A stretch of DNA of 64,000 nt from a bacterium (GTDB lineage Bacteria > SM23-31), in assembly GCA_965249485.1 (NCBI GenBank), contig OZ252239.1, positions 1,184,001 through 1,248,000 on the forward strand. Reading direction: 5' to 3'. Positions 30,494 through 41,253 of this stretch are shown here, in pieces (within the stretch, counting starts at the first letter, position 1; each line of letters starts with the position of its first letter). The position numbers and the translations under genes were made by a program. The notes under the pieces are model-generated. The model was not told the origin of the DNA. It was given only the letters and a program-made list of their open reading frames with translations, and did not search any database.

Positions 30494-32006
30494 TCATAGT
30501 CCTGATGATATGGTCGGAGACCCGCAGTGCATTTGCTGTAATAGTCAGGCTCGGATTTACTCCTGCCGATGTCTGCATAAAGCTTCCGTCAAGAACAAAC
30601 AAATTATTGATACCGTGAAAAGTACAGTTTTTGTCGAGGACACTTGTACCCGGATCGCTCCCGAACCGCACCGAGCCGACAGCATGTGAAAATGTTGGTG
30701 GTGTTGTTTCATCAATTTCGTGCATTACCGTAAAAAGTGATCCTGATTTTCTGAGAATTTTCTTTGCGTGATGTACTAAGAAATCCCGCCGCATTAGATC
30801 GTTTTCCGTATAACGGTGTTTGACAGTTATAGTTTCAATACCATACATATCTTTTTGACCCGACAACACTACTTTGTTATCGAAAACGGGATCGTCTTCA
30901 GCTATGCATATTAGGTTTTGGCAGCGGCTTGCTGCTAATAGTGAAGCTGTTTTGAGACCTGCCGGCATATAATATTTTACAATTTCACCTGCCGGCATGT
31001 AGATGTCTTGTATCATACCGGCTGCCGTATTCAGTTTTTCGCGGAAATCTTCGTAGAAATGTGTGATGCCGACCTGCTTCTGGAATTCGTTCATTGGATT
31101 GGTTTTAAACGGAAATACACCTGTTACTATTGCGCTGCAATGACGCATCAAATGGGTGCCGATTTTCTTTGAATTCGGATAATTTTCCAAATGTGACCGC
31201 AATAAAATTCCCGGGCTGTGAAGCGTACCTGCGCTGACTATAATAATTCGTCCAGATATCGAGTACCTCTTTTTGCTTTTCTTATCTATATATTCTATTC
31301 CGGTGATAGTCCCGCTTTTCTCGCAGACCCGGTCGGCAATAGCGCCCGTAATGATTTCACAATTGTGTTGTTGAGCTTTAGCGAGGAGCGTGGTCGCAGC
31401 ATCATTTTTGGCCTCAATCTTACATGGGTAACCATCGCAAGTCGTACACTGAATACAGACTTTACGTGAGCCATTTTTGAAATTAATCGCGAGCGGAAGT
31501 TTGAAAGGACGGAATCCGAGCATTTCGGCGGCATCGAAAATTCGTTGAGACGGTTTTGATAAGGGGATACCTTTATCGAAATAGTCGGTGTTCCGGGGAG
31601 GGTCGAATGGATCGCCACTGGTTTCTCCGGAAACCTCTAGGATTTGTTCTGCTTCAGTATAGAAGGATTCGAATTCATCATATGATACCGGCCAGGAATT
31701 GAAATCTTTTTCTCTAAACCGTACTGCCGCGCCGCCGAAAAAAACTGAGTTTCCTCCGACCACTTCGTTGAGAAAGACCTTTCGTAGTGAAGTGTTTGAA
31801 TTTTGATTGACAAATACCGGTGAGTCGCTTTTATAACGTCTCTCAATGAGGATTTCACGGGGATTCCAGTCGGTATCGTCGCGTTTTGCCCAACCGCCTT
31901 TTTCAAGCAAGATTGTCTTTAATCCTGCTTTCGAAAGAGCATAGGCAGCCGCTGAACCGCCGAATCCTGAACCGATAATTATAGCGTCATACCGTCTGTA
32001 ATTCAT
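30480..32006 (-). CDS. GMC family FAD oxidoreductase with Cys cluster
   Basis: IIGSGFGG, VGGNSVFFG, CIQCTTCDGYPC, HAVGSVRFG, GVNPSLTITANALR. Confidence 0.9.
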   Translation of the reverse strand: MNYRRYDAIIIGSGFGGSAAAYALSKAGLKTILLEKGGWAKRDDTDWNPREILIERRYKSDSPVFVNQNSNTSLRKVFLNEVVGGNSVFFGGAAVRFREKDFNSWPVSYDEFESFYTEAEQILEVSGETSGDPFDPPRNTDYFDKGIPLSKPSQRIFDAAEMLGFRPFKLPLAINFKNGSRKVCIQCTTCDGYPCKIEAKNDAATTLLAKAQQHNCEIITGAIADRVCEKSGTITGIEYIDKKSKKRYSISGRIIIVSAGTLHSPGILLRSHLENYPNSKKIGTHLMRHCSAIVTGVFPFKTNPMNEFQKQVGITHFYEDFREKLNTAAGMIQDIYMPAGEIVKYYMPAGLKTASLLAASRCQNLICIAEDDPVFDNKVVLSGQKDMYGIETITVKHRYTENDLMRRDFLVHHAKKILRKSGSLFTVMHEIDETTPPTFSHAVGSVRFGSDPGTSVLDKNCTFHGINNLFVLDGSFMQTSAGVNPSLTITANALRVSDHIIRTMNDFS

Positions 32007-32778
32007 AAAAGAATAGAATACAAAGACCGACAATAATAATTAATGCTGAATAATGAAACTTTTCGCGGGTGTCTAATTGTTCTTGAATTCTTTCAAGATC
32101 GGGTTTGAATTTGCCCGACATGTTTCTCTGGATATACGTTTTATAATACTCAACAATAAACCGCTCCAGACCAAAATTCATACACATGAGAATACCGAGC
32201 GATGTTGGACCAAATAGATAAAACAGAAAGAAAAAAGGACTGAGCACGACCGGGGATTTTTGGAACTTTAAAATTTTAAAACCCTCGAATGGTGCATCTT
32301 TATATGCTCCGCCTATCGAAACAAGCATTCCAGCAGCATACGAAACAAGAAAAAATTGCAGTGCAGTGGTGATCGTTGTATCAACGAAAATGAGCAAAAA
32401 TGGTCCGAGAATAAGGCAGACTCCCACACTTTTTCTAAGAAGATCGTTAGCCACATAAGAACCGAAAAATGTTATTCTAGAAGGAACGAAATATTTTGCC
32501 TGATCTTCTGTGCGGAAAAAACCTTTATAGAATTCCGCTATTGCTCGTTCCATACCCATCGTCAAAAAGAAAATCTGGAAGAAATTGAGCGAGGATATCC
32601 GCTCCCAAAAGACCGGGCACGTATAAAGCATGAGAAAGATCACCACATTAAAATAGATGCTGCGGGGGAAAGTTTTCTTTTTGAACCCTTCATAAGGACA
32701 GTCTTTAAAAGCACCCCAAAGAGATGTATACAATCCCGAAATCGAGCTGACAACGAGCGATAGTACAATAGATGTCAT
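31987..32778 (-). CDS. Uncharacterised membrane protein with internal two-fold duplication
   Basis: Halves align: WGAFKDCPYEGF/GGAYKDAPFEGF and GMERAIAEFYK/GLERFIVEYYK; several TM segments. Confidence 0.8.
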   Translation of the reverse strand: MTSIVLSLVVSSISGLYTSLWGAFKDCPYEGFKKKTFPRSIYFNVVIFLMLYTCPVFWERISSLNFFQIFFLTMGMERAIAEFYKGFFRTEDQAKYFVPSRITFFGSYVANDLLRKSVGVCLILGPFLLIFVDTTITTALQFFLVSYAAGMLVSIGGAYKDAPFEGFKILKFQKSPVVLSPFFFLFYLFGPTSLGILMCMNFGLERFIVEYYKTYIQRNMSGKFKPDLERIQEQLDTREKFHYSALIIIVGLCILFFYELQTV

Positions 32779-32942
32779 AAACAATTCATTCCGTCAATGT
32801 GTAAAGTGAACAGAAAAAAGGGTGCTCATTTTTGATAATGTGTACCCTTATATCGATGATTTTTCAGGAACAGAGGGACCTTGATTGAGTAACTGGTTAA
32901 ACAAATGGTGTATGCGGCAATGTGTTATCCGCTGCTCCTCCC

Positions 32943-33488
32943 TTACATGTGATGCTGTTTGATTTTTCTTATTTCCTCATACATGTGACAGATTCTATTG
33001 AGTATTGTATTGGAAGAATTAGGAAGAAATTTTGTGCATATTGCGGGATAATTATTAAGAATATTCAAAAAATCGGGCCGGAATAGACAGAGCACTTCAC
33101 TATGTTCAATGGCGACTACCGATGCTGTTCGCTGCCTGGCTTTTAAAAGGGTCAATTCACCGAAAAATGAACCCCCAGACATTTTTACAAGTTCTATTTG
33201 CCTACCCTTGACAGTTTTAGATACTTTAATCTCTCCGGAATGTACTAAATAGAGTCCGGTTGCCGCATCTCCCTCGTTGACAATGATCTCTCCCGCTCTG
33301 AAACGTCTTCTGTATACATTGCGCTCGATAATAGAAGCCTCAAGAGGTGAAAGAGACTTGAATATCTCGAAGCGTAAAATATCACTTGAGTGATTGGTTT
33401 CGGTTTGATTTTTCTTTTTGCGATGCAATATGAGCGGATTATGAACCATTACTATACTCCGGGCAAACGATAAATATTTAGTGATCAT
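32943..33488 (-). CDS. Stand-alone cyclic-nucleotide-binding domain protein
   Basis: GEIIVNEGD..GLYLVHSGEIKV, FFGELTLL...RTASVVA; no HTH. Confidence 0.85.
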   Translation of the reverse strand: MITKYLSFARSIVMVHNPLILHRKKKNQTETNHSSDILRFEIFKSLSPLEASIIERNVYRRRFRAGEIIVNEGDAATGLYLVHSGEIKVSKTVKGRQIELVKMSGGSFFGELTLLKARQRTASVVAIEHSEVLCLFRPDFLNILNNYPAICTKFLPNSSNTILNRICHMYEEIRKIKQHHM

Positions 33489-33910
33489 TCAGCAGGTGAT
33501 TTGCTTGTAGTGTCCCGTTATTGCCTTATCCTCGATTGTCTCTAAGTCAATAATGTAAAAAAATAAGTTTCAGAAATGAAATAAATTTTTTCCTCAATGT
33601 CAAAAGGAGTTTTCGGAAAAATTCAGAATGAATTCTCGGTAAATAATTTATGTATAACTCTGCACATCAGATGTGCTTAACGATAGATGGGACAGTAATA
33701 TTCGGTGCATTCCTGCAGTAAAAATTTATATGAATATGTTAATTACTTGTTAAACTTGTATATTAGAACCCCTATTATGTGATAGTTCATGTATAAAACT
33801 GTTGTAAATGGCTTAACAAATTATTATAATCGAATAAATATAGTTGCGAACGTATTCTTAGCTATATGTTTTAAGGTCATACAGTGGATTCGATTATTCG
33901 AGGATAAATC

Positions 33911-34364
33911 ATGAACAAAAAAACGTTTCTTGTTGCTGATGATGATGACCAGTTTCGGCTTCTTATGGAAGAAATATTGATTAAGATTTTCACCGATGAA
34001 GAGATAAGAGTGCTTCATGCCAGTAATGGTATGGAAGCAATCAAAATTTTTGAAAAATTGCCTTAATAGCAACGATCCTATTGATGTCGTCATTACCGAT
34101 TATGCAATGCCGGAAGCAACTGGGAGCGATGTCATTATCAATATAATTAATAAACATCCGACTCCCATTGTTGTTGTGAGTGCGGTTCCTGAAGCGCATG
34201 ATCACGATTTTATTCAAGAAGGCGCGATCTATTTTCTGCCGAAACCGTTTGATATCGACACTGCTAAAAACGTAATGGATACCGCAATTGCGATGAAAAT
34301 TGATCAGGGTGATATTGACAAAGCAATTGAAGCAATAGACCGTTTGAAAAGTCTTTACGCATGA
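33911..34364 (+). pseudogene. Single-domain response regulator, frameshifted (or sequencing error)
   Basis: SD GAGGA + MNKKTFLVADDDD...ASNGMEAIKIFE in one frame; NCLNSNDPIDVVITDYAMP...FLPKPF in another. Removing one A from the A5 run at 34053-34057 restores the frame. Confidence 0.82.
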
Positions 34365-36628
34365 CATTTTTACAATCATTTATTCTATTTGGTTTATGTG
34401 CAGTTATCCTCCCGCTCCTAATTCACCTCCTCAATATCAGAAAGAAAGAACGGATCCCGTTCAGTTCTCTTTATTTTCTTCGGCTCATTGAGAGCAAAAA
34501 AATTAAACGGCTGAAACTCAAGCAAATCCTGCTTCTGCTTATCAGAATGGCGATAATTGCATTTCTGGTCACGGCTTTCGCCCGGCCTGCGGTTGTGGTT
34601 GGCCCCTTTTCCGGTTATTCCGAAAACGCAAAGATTGCCGCAGTTATTGTTGTAGACAACTCACTGAGTACATCATTTGTGCAGGATGATCAGCCATTAT
34701 TCGAGCAAATACGAAGCAATGCACTCCAAGTTCTTGATACATTTAAGGACGGGGATGAACTTTATCTGCTTTTTTCAACAGATTTTTTGAATATTCCTAC
34801 AGGAAATCCAGTATTGCCGCAGTCATTTGAAAATACAGCTGAACAATCCGCCACTTCCAATAATGTTTCCGATATACATAGCAATATTCAAGCCGATTAT
34901 TCGAAAGAGCCGGTGCAGTACCGTATTGAAAATGCCCGGATTGTAAAGAAAGAGGGGAACTTGACTCGCGCAGTTGCTACAGGAAGAACTTTGCTGCAGG
35001 AAAGCTCACATCTTATCCGAGAGATCTTTGTGGTGTCGGATATGCAGGCATCAAATTTTTACCAAGACGGCAATAATACAGTACCGGTCGGAGTCCCTAT
35101 TCAATCCGAATCGGGTAACACAGATACTCAAGTACAAAGTATGGATGATACACCACCGGTACAGCTAATATTTATCGAAGTAGGAGACGATGTCCGAGAG
35201 AACTTCGGTATCACACATATTGCATTTGAAGACCAGATTGTCGAACAAAACAAAGAATTGCGTGTCAGAATGACAGCAGGCCGATTCAGCAGTGGATCGG
35301 ACGTTGAAGCAGATCGGTTAATCAACCTCTACCTGAATGGCAAACGGATCGCACAGAAAAGTGTGAAATTTACGGGAAATGAAATAATAACAAGTGAATT
35401 TCGATTCGTACCTGAATCCACAGGAATAATTGATGGAATGATTGAGATTGAAGAAGACAGGATGACCAGTGATAACCGCAGGCACTTTGTGGTTAATATT
35501 CCTCCAGCGGTATCTGTTCTTCTTGTCAACGGGAGTGGCACAATTCCGGACTTTCTTGAATCGGTCTATTCATCTGATCTTATACAGGAATTACTACTCC
35601 GGTCAATTTCAGAGTCACAGATGTCTACTGTTGAGTTCCGCGATTTCGATAGTGTCATATTGAACGGTGTGTCGCGGTTTACCAATGCCGATATCTACAG
35701 AATCAGAAATTTCTGCGCCGGTGGGGGAGGCGTCGTCATATTTCCCGGACGGGAAACCGATCTCGATTCATTCAACAAATATTTGGCGGGACCCTTCTCG
35801 TTACCCACAGCAACCGGATATTCCGGAGATTTTTTGCAGAGCAGCTTGACCGGTTCGAGTTATTTCACTTTAGAGTCGGTTCAATATACACATCCCATTT
35901 TTCACAACATGTTTCAAGAAGAGAATCCGGAACCTGATTTGCCGTTTATTTACAGAGCTATCGATTTGAACATAACAGATCCTATCCGGACACGCAGTAT
36001 AATGTCGATGTCAAATAATCGTCCGTTCTTAACCGAAACAGACGTAGAAATGGGTACAATTATTCTCTTTTCAAGTGCTCCATCTTTAGCTTGGAATTCA
36101 TTTCCGGTACAGGGGCTGTTTGCTCCATTGATGTACCGGTTGGTCAATTATGTTTCACGTCCCGAATCCGGACAACTTGAATCAAATGAAGTAGGTGAGC
36201 AGGTTACATTAATGTTCAGAGAAAGTCCGGACGATATTGTCATTAAATCACCGATCAGTGAATTATTTAAAGAACAGCCTATGGTGACATCAGAAGCATA
36301 CACTATCGATTTTTCAGACACGGATGAACAAGGTATATATACACTTCTCGATGGAGAAAGTACCTTGCAGAAGTTTGCTGTTAATGCTTCTCCGAAAGAG
36401 TCGGATACTAATCCTTTGAATGAATCTGATTTGGAACAATTTTTTAGTAGCAAACCCTATAGAGTTTGGGATGGAGAAGAAGATATTGCCGAAAAGATAC
36501 GAGAATCCCGGTCAGGATTTGAAGTTTCTCATTATGTCATAGCATTGGTTCTGCTATTGTTGCTCATGGAAACATTGCTTCAGCATGAACGGAAACGGGG
36601 AGAACCTGATGAAATCCAAGGTGTATAA
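34361..36628 (+). CDS. BatA N-terminal domain + VWA-like membrane-anchored protein
   Basis: MTFL...LPLLIHLL..IPFSSL.FL...LLLLIRM..AFARP, VVDNSLS, VVSDMQ, DNRRHF, C-terminal TM (LLLLLMETLL). Confidence 0.85.
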   Translation: MTFLQSFILFGLCAVILPLLIHLLNIRKKERIPFSSLYFLRLIESKKIKRLKLKQILLLLIRMAIIAFLVTAFARPAVVVGPFSGYSENAKIAAVIVVDNSLSTSFVQDDQPLFEQIRSNALQVLDTFKDGDELYLLFSTDFLNIPTGNPVLPQSFENTAEQSATSNNVSDIHSNIQADYSKEPVQYRIENARIVKKEGNLTRAVATGRTLLQESSHLIREIFVVSDMQASNFYQDGNNTVPVGVPIQSESGNTDTQVQSMDDTPPVQLIFIEVGDDVRENFGITHIAFEDQIVEQNKELRVRMTAGRFSSGSDVEADRLINLYLNGKRIAQKSVKFTGNEIITSEFRFVPESTGIIDGMIEIEEDRMTSDNRRHFVVNIPPAVSVLLVNGSGTIPDFLESVYSSDLIQELLLRSISESQMSTVEFRDFDSVILNGVSRFTNADIYRIRNFCAGGGGVVIFPGRETDLDSFNKYLAGPFSLPTATGYSGDFLQSSLTGSSYFTLESVQYTHPIFHNMFQEENPEPDLPFIYRAIDLNITDPIRTRSIMSMSNNRPFLTETDVEMGTIILFSSAPSLAWNSFPVQGLFAPLMYRLVNYVSRPESGQLESNEVGEQVTLMFRESPDDIVIKSPISELFKEQPMVTSEAYTIDFSDTDEQGIYTLLDGESTLQKFAVNASPKESDTNPLNESDLEQFFSSKPYRVWDGEEDIAEKIRESRSGFEVSHYVIALVLLLLLMETLLQHERKRGEPDEIQGV

Positions 36629-36659
36629 TACTTAGTAGAACGATGTAAGGCAGTTTCCA

Positions 36660-37934
36660 ATTTACGAAACAGAACAGAAAAAAGAACGTGTTGCCATTGT
36701 CGGCACATCCGGACGCGGACAGACGCAGGCCGATACTGAAGAAACGCTGAGAGAATTGGCGCTTCTCGTTGAGTCAGCCGGAGCAGAGGTCCGAAAACAT
36801 TACATCCAGAATCTTAAGGATTTTGATCCTGCATTCTTTGTCGGAAAAGGGAAAGCAAAACAGATTGCGGAAGACATTGACGGCATTGGAATCGATTCTG
36901 TTGTTTTCGATGATGATTTATCTCCGGTACAGATGAAAAATCTTGGGAAGATTACCGGTAAAAAAATCATAGACCGTACAGGTTTGATTCTTGAAATATT
37001 CGCACAAAATGCCCGGACGCATGAGGCTAAAATTCAGGTAGAACTTGCTCAGCTACAATATCTGTTGCCGCGATTGACACGCCAATGGCTCCATCTTGAA
37101 CGTCAGGTGGGAGGTATTGGTGTCAGGGCCGGAATGGGAGAAACTCAGCTCGAAATCGACCGAAGACTGGTCAGAACAAAAATTAAACAGCTCAAAAAAG
37201 AACTACATAATATCGATAATCAAAGAGATGTCCGGAACAAAAAACGGTTAGGGTTTTTTAAGGCAACACTCATAGGTTATACCAATGCAGGAAAATCGAC
37301 TCTGTTTAATGCTCTGATTCCCGAACAAAGCAAAGGGGTCATGGTTGCCGACAGACTTTTTGCTACACTCGATTCAACAATTCGCAGGCTCGATATTGAC
37401 AATCATCAGGTTATCCTGCTCGCAGATACTGTCGGATTTATACGAAAACTTCCCCATAATCTTATAGCTTCGTTTAGAAGCACCTTCAGTGTAGTCAGTG
37501 ATGCCGATATTCTCCTCAATATTGTCGATATTAACCATCCCCGCTATGAAGAACATATCGAAGCTGTCCTTGGTGTACTCCATGAAATGGACCTTGATGC
37601 AAAACCTGTTATTACCGTATTTAACAAGATTGATCTTGTGAAAGACGACACCATCATCCGGAATATTCGGAAACTCTATCCAGATGCTCTTTTCGTCTCC
37701 GCGGGACGTGGCATTGGAATAAAAAATATTCTAAAGGATTTGTCACAGGCAGTGGTGAAAGATTTTTTGATTAAGGAAATTACTTTGCCTATACAAGACT
37801 CGCAGCGTTTAGCGAGTATTTATGACAAATACCAGGTCCTTGAACAAACCTATAATGGAAATTTCACAACGTTGAAGATTCGGGTGTCTCAGGAATATGC
37901 TGCTCAACTTGAATCTATGACTGTCGGAACATAA
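36660..37934 (+). CDS. hflX: Ribosome-splitting GTPase HflX
   Basis: IDRTGLILEIF, GETQLEIDRR, GYTNAGKST, LFATLD, DTVGFI, NKID. The family N-terminus (ETEQKKERVAIVG) extends upstream of TTG 36756; start placed tentatively at ATT 36660. Confidence 0.93.
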   Translation: MYETEQKKERVAIVGTSGRGQTQADTEETLRELALLVESAGAEVRKHYIQNLKDFDPAFFVGKGKAKQIAEDIDGIGIDSVVFDDDLSPVQMKNLGKITGKKIIDRTGLILEIFAQNARTHEAKIQVELAQLQYLLPRLTRQWLHLERQVGGIGVRAGMGETQLEIDRRLVRTKIKQLKKELHNIDNQRDVRNKKRLGFFKATLIGYTNAGKSTLFNALIPEQSKGVMVADRLFATLDSTIRRLDIDNHQVILLADTVGFIRKLPHNLIASFRSTFSVVSDADILLNIVDINHPRYEEHIEAVLGVLHEMDLDAKPVITVFNKIDLVKDDTIIRNIRKLYPDALFVSAGRGIGIKNILKDLSQAVVKDFLIKEITLPIQDSQRLASIYDKYQVLEQTYNGNFTTLKIRVSQEYAAQLESMTVGT

Positions 37935-38043
37935 TGAAAATGTCGGAACTACGTACTATCCGTTATATGGGACGGAATAGTTAGTTGTAATTGCGTCGTC
38001 CATATCTATACTTTGCGTAAAATAAATAAAAAATTCATTCGAG

Positions 38044-39348
38044 TTGAATATGACTTTCCGTGAGGCTGTCCGGCACCTGAACTCCCGCCAGATGTTCGGA
38101 GTGAAACTCGGGCTTGAAAATATTAAAAATCTGCTTGCAAGGCTCGGGAATCCCGAAAAAAACTTCGATAGCGTTCATATTGCCGGTACAAACGGAAAAG
38201 GATCAACAGCGGCTATAATTGCCTCTGTCTTTGATGCACAAGGGTATGCCACCGGTCTCTATACATCACCTCATATTACTACGGTACGTGAGCGGTTTGC
38301 CGTTAATGGCCGGCTTATCTCCCTACATGAATTTGCGATTCTCTATGAAGAAATAGCGCAACACCTCGATGATATTCCGTGCACCTATTTTGAGTGTACG
38401 ACAGCGCTCGCGTTTCTCTATTTCAGCAGAAAAAAAGTTGAAAGAGCGGTAATTGAAGTCGGGCTTGGTGGCAGATTTGATGCAACCAATGTTTTGACGC
38501 CAGTCTGCTCGGTAATCACAAACATCGGTTTTGATCATGAACAGTATCTCGGAACGACACTCGGAGAAATTACCCGCGAAAAATGCGGAATCATCACAAA
38601 GGGTGTTCCGGTTGTTTCAGGAGTAAAGCAGAATGAGTGCCTGAAAATCATCCAACAGGAATCGAAAAAAAAAGAGTCAACGCTTTTTGAATCGGATGTG
38701 GTTGTAGATATCGACGATGTAAAGTCTACTATGCAGGGGTCAACATTTCATGTTAAATTATCCGGTACAATTCTTTCTAAATTGAATCTCTCACTACCTG
38801 GACTATTTCAGATCGAAAATGCCCGGACAGCGTTAACCGCACTCTATGTGATTGAACATTATACAGTTAAGAATGTTCATCGGGCAATCCGAACAGGGCT
38901 GAAGTCGGTAGTCTGGAATGAACGGTTTACACAGTATGGGCATGATCCGGCTTTACTTATTGATGTAACGCATAATGAAGCAGGATTTCAGGCAATGGCG
39001 GAGAATCTCCGGAATCTATTTCCGGGTCGGGATGTTATATTGGTCGTAGGGTTAAAAGAGGATAAAATCTGTCGAAACGTTTTAGCGTCGGTCCTGCCGT
39101 TTTGTAAGACCGGTATCGGAGTACCTGTCACAAACTCCACCCGAATTGAAACCGCACAAAAAAGCGCTTCTAAAAAACAATTGCGGGGACTGTTCGAAAA
39201 CACAAATATTCCATTCAGGTATTTCCCTACAGTCAGGTCGGGACTGCGGTTTGCAAAAAGTATTGCAAGCAAAGATGATGTTATTGTATGTACCGGCAGT
39301 CATTATACAATAGATACATTTAAAAAAGCGATAAAATCGCTTGACTAA
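38044..39348 (+). CDS. folC: Folylpolyglutamate/dihydrofolate synthase
   Basis: HIAGTNGKGST, YTSPH, EVGLGGRFDATNV, DHEQYLG, TGSHY. Confidence 0.94.
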   Translation: MNMTFREAVRHLNSRQMFGVKLGLENIKNLLARLGNPEKNFDSVHIAGTNGKGSTAAIIASVFDAQGYATGLYTSPHITTVRERFAVNGRLISLHEFAILYEEIAQHLDDIPCTYFECTTALAFLYFSRKKVERAVIEVGLGGRFDATNVLTPVCSVITNIGFDHEQYLGTTLGEITREKCGIITKGVPVVSGVKQNECLKIIQQESKKKESTLFESDVVVDIDDVKSTMQGSTFHVKLSGTILSKLNLSLPGLFQIENARTALTALYVIEHYTVKNVHRAIRTGLKSVVWNERFTQYGHDPALLIDVTHNEAGFQAMAENLRNLFPGRDVILVVGLKEDKICRNVLASVLPFCKTGIGVPVTNSTRIETAQKSASKKQLRGLFENTNIPFRYFPTVRSGLRFAKSIASKDDVIVCTGSHYTIDTFKKAIKSLD

Positions 39349-39369
39349 AATGTATAATATATGTATCTT
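39341..39369 (+). promoter_or_regulatory. Putative sigma70 promoter for rho (about 220-nt leader)
   Basis: TTGACT-17 nt-TATCTT overlapping the folC stop. Confidence 0.5.
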
Positions 39370-39596
39370 TAGCATGAAAGCTAAATATCCTTCCCGATAG
39401 ATCCTCAATATAGTAAATCTATATCGATCAACCTTTAATGAATACAAAGTGCGAAGAAGAGTAAGCAAAGGCATCGGTGCTGTCTTATGTTTTCAATAAG
39501 TTTATAAATAGATTGCGAAATAAGAGAAACTGAATTTCTCGATTGTAAAGTTTAAAATATATTATCCGAAGGTAGTCCTTCGAAGTGAGGTGTTGA

Positions 39597-40862
39597 ATGG
39601 TTGAACCAAAGAGCTTGGATATTGCTGAATTAAAGGAAAAGAAAATTGCTGAGCTTGCATCCGTAGCTAAGGGACTCCAAATCTCATCTATTGCAGGAAT
39701 GAGGAAACAGGAGCTAATATTCAAAATTCTTGAGGCACAAGCCAATAAGGATGGTCTTCTGTTTTCTGAAGGAGTCTTGGAGATTCTTCCTGATGGATAT
39801 GGATTTCTGCGGTCGACAAATTATAATTATCTTCCTGGTCCTGATGACATATATATATCACCGTCTCAGATTAAGAGATTCAACCTGAAAACAGGTGATA
39901 CTGTATCGGGGCAGATTCGTCCTCCAAAAGAAAATGAGCGGTTTTTTGCACTGCTTCGTGTCGAAGCAGTCAATTTTGAAAATCCTGAGGAAGCGAAAGA
40001 TAAGATATTTTTCGACAATCTTACTCCGCTTTACCCTAATGAAAAATTGACGCTTGAAAACGATACGGAAGATTATTCAACACGAATAATGGATCTGTTG
40101 ACGCCTATCGGTAAAGGACAGCGCGGTCTCATTGTAGCTCAGCCCAAGACCGGTAAAACCATGCTCCTGCAAAAAATTGCCAATAGTATTACTACAAACC
40201 AACCTGAAGTAGTTCTCATTGTGTTGCTGATAGATGAACGCCCCGAAGAAGTTACAGATATGCAGCGGTTGGTCAATGCCGAAGTAGTTAGCTCAACATT
40301 CGACGAACCGGCGGAACGCCATGTTCAAGTTGCCGATATGGTTCTTGAAAAAGCAAAACGTCTTGTAGAGCACAAACGGGATGTCGTGATATTGCTCGAT
40401 TCAATTACGAGGCTAGCACGTGCCCACAACTCGATTGTCCCGCACAGTGGAAAGATTCTCTCGGGTGGTGTCGATGCTAATGCACTCCATCGTCCGAAAC
40501 GGTTTTTTGGTGCGGCTAGAAATGTAGAAGAAGGGGGTAGTCTGACCATAATTGCTACCGCACTTATCGACACCGGAAGTAGAATGGATGAAGTTATCTT
40601 TGAAGAATTCAAGGGTACCGGTAACATGGAACTTGTGCTGGACAGGCGATTGAGTGACAGAAGAATATATCCATCGATCGACATCAATAAGTCGAGTACT
40701 CGAAAAGAAGAATTGCTGCTTGATGAAAGTGTACTTGCACGGGTCTGGTTGCTGAGAAAACTCCTTGCCGATATGGGGGAAATCGAATCAATGAATTTCC
40801 TTCTCGAAAAAATGGGGCTGACAAAATCGAATGTGAAATTCCTCGATTCGATGAATGAATAG
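39597..40862 (+). CDS. rho: Transcription termination factor Rho
   Basis: [45 protein letters not shown]. Confidence 0.98.
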   Translation: MVEPKSLDIAELKEKKIAELASVAKGLQISSIAGMRKQELIFKILEAQANKDGLLFSEGVLEILPDGYGFLRSTNYNYLPGPDDIYISPSQIKRFNLKTGDTVSGQIRPPKENERFFALLRVEAVNFENPEEAKDKIFFDNLTPLYPNEKLTLENDTEDYSTRIMDLLTPIGKGQRGLIVAQPKTGKTMLLQKIANSITTNQPEVVLIVLLIDERPEEVTDMQRLVNAEVVSSTFDEPAERHVQVADMVLEKAKRLVEHKRDVVILLDSITRLARAHNSIVPHSGKILSGGVDANALHRPKRFFGAARNVEEGGSLTIIATALIDTGSRMDEVIFEEFKGTGNMELVLDRRLSDRRIYPSIDINKSSTRKEELLLDESVLARVWLLRKLLADMGEIESMNFLLEKMGLTKSNVKFLDSMNE

Positions 40863-40947
40863 CTCACATTTTCCTTGGAATCTTATGATTATTAGTTTAA
40901 ATTATTAAGCTTAGGTTAAAATGTTCAGACTTTAGGAGTAATATATT

Positions 40948-41178
40948 GTGAAAAAAGGTATTCATCCGGAATATAAACTGGGTACCGTATCATGTGCATG
41001 CGGCAGTGCATTTCAAATTCGGAGTACAGTGGGGGACTTGAAAGTAGAAATTTGTTCGATGTGCCACCCCTTCTTTACAAAAAAGCAAAAGTTGATTGAT
41101 ACAGCTGGCCGTGTTGAAAAGTATTTGAAAAAGTATGGCAAAGCTGTCGGTCAAGAAGCAACAACGGAAAAATCATAA
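40948..41178 (+). CDS. rpmE: 50S ribosomal protein L31 (Zn-binding type)
   Basis: [37 protein letters not shown] start. Confidence 0.96.
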   Translation: MKKGIHPEYKLGTVSCACGSAFQIRSTVGDLKVEICSMCHPFFTKKQKLIDTAGRVEKYLKKYGKAVGQEATTEKS

Positions 41179-41253
41179 AATCCCCGGTTTATTCATTAAA
41201 TCATGTTCTAAAGAACGTTTTCCTATCTGATACCTCAGGTAAACGGGCACCGT

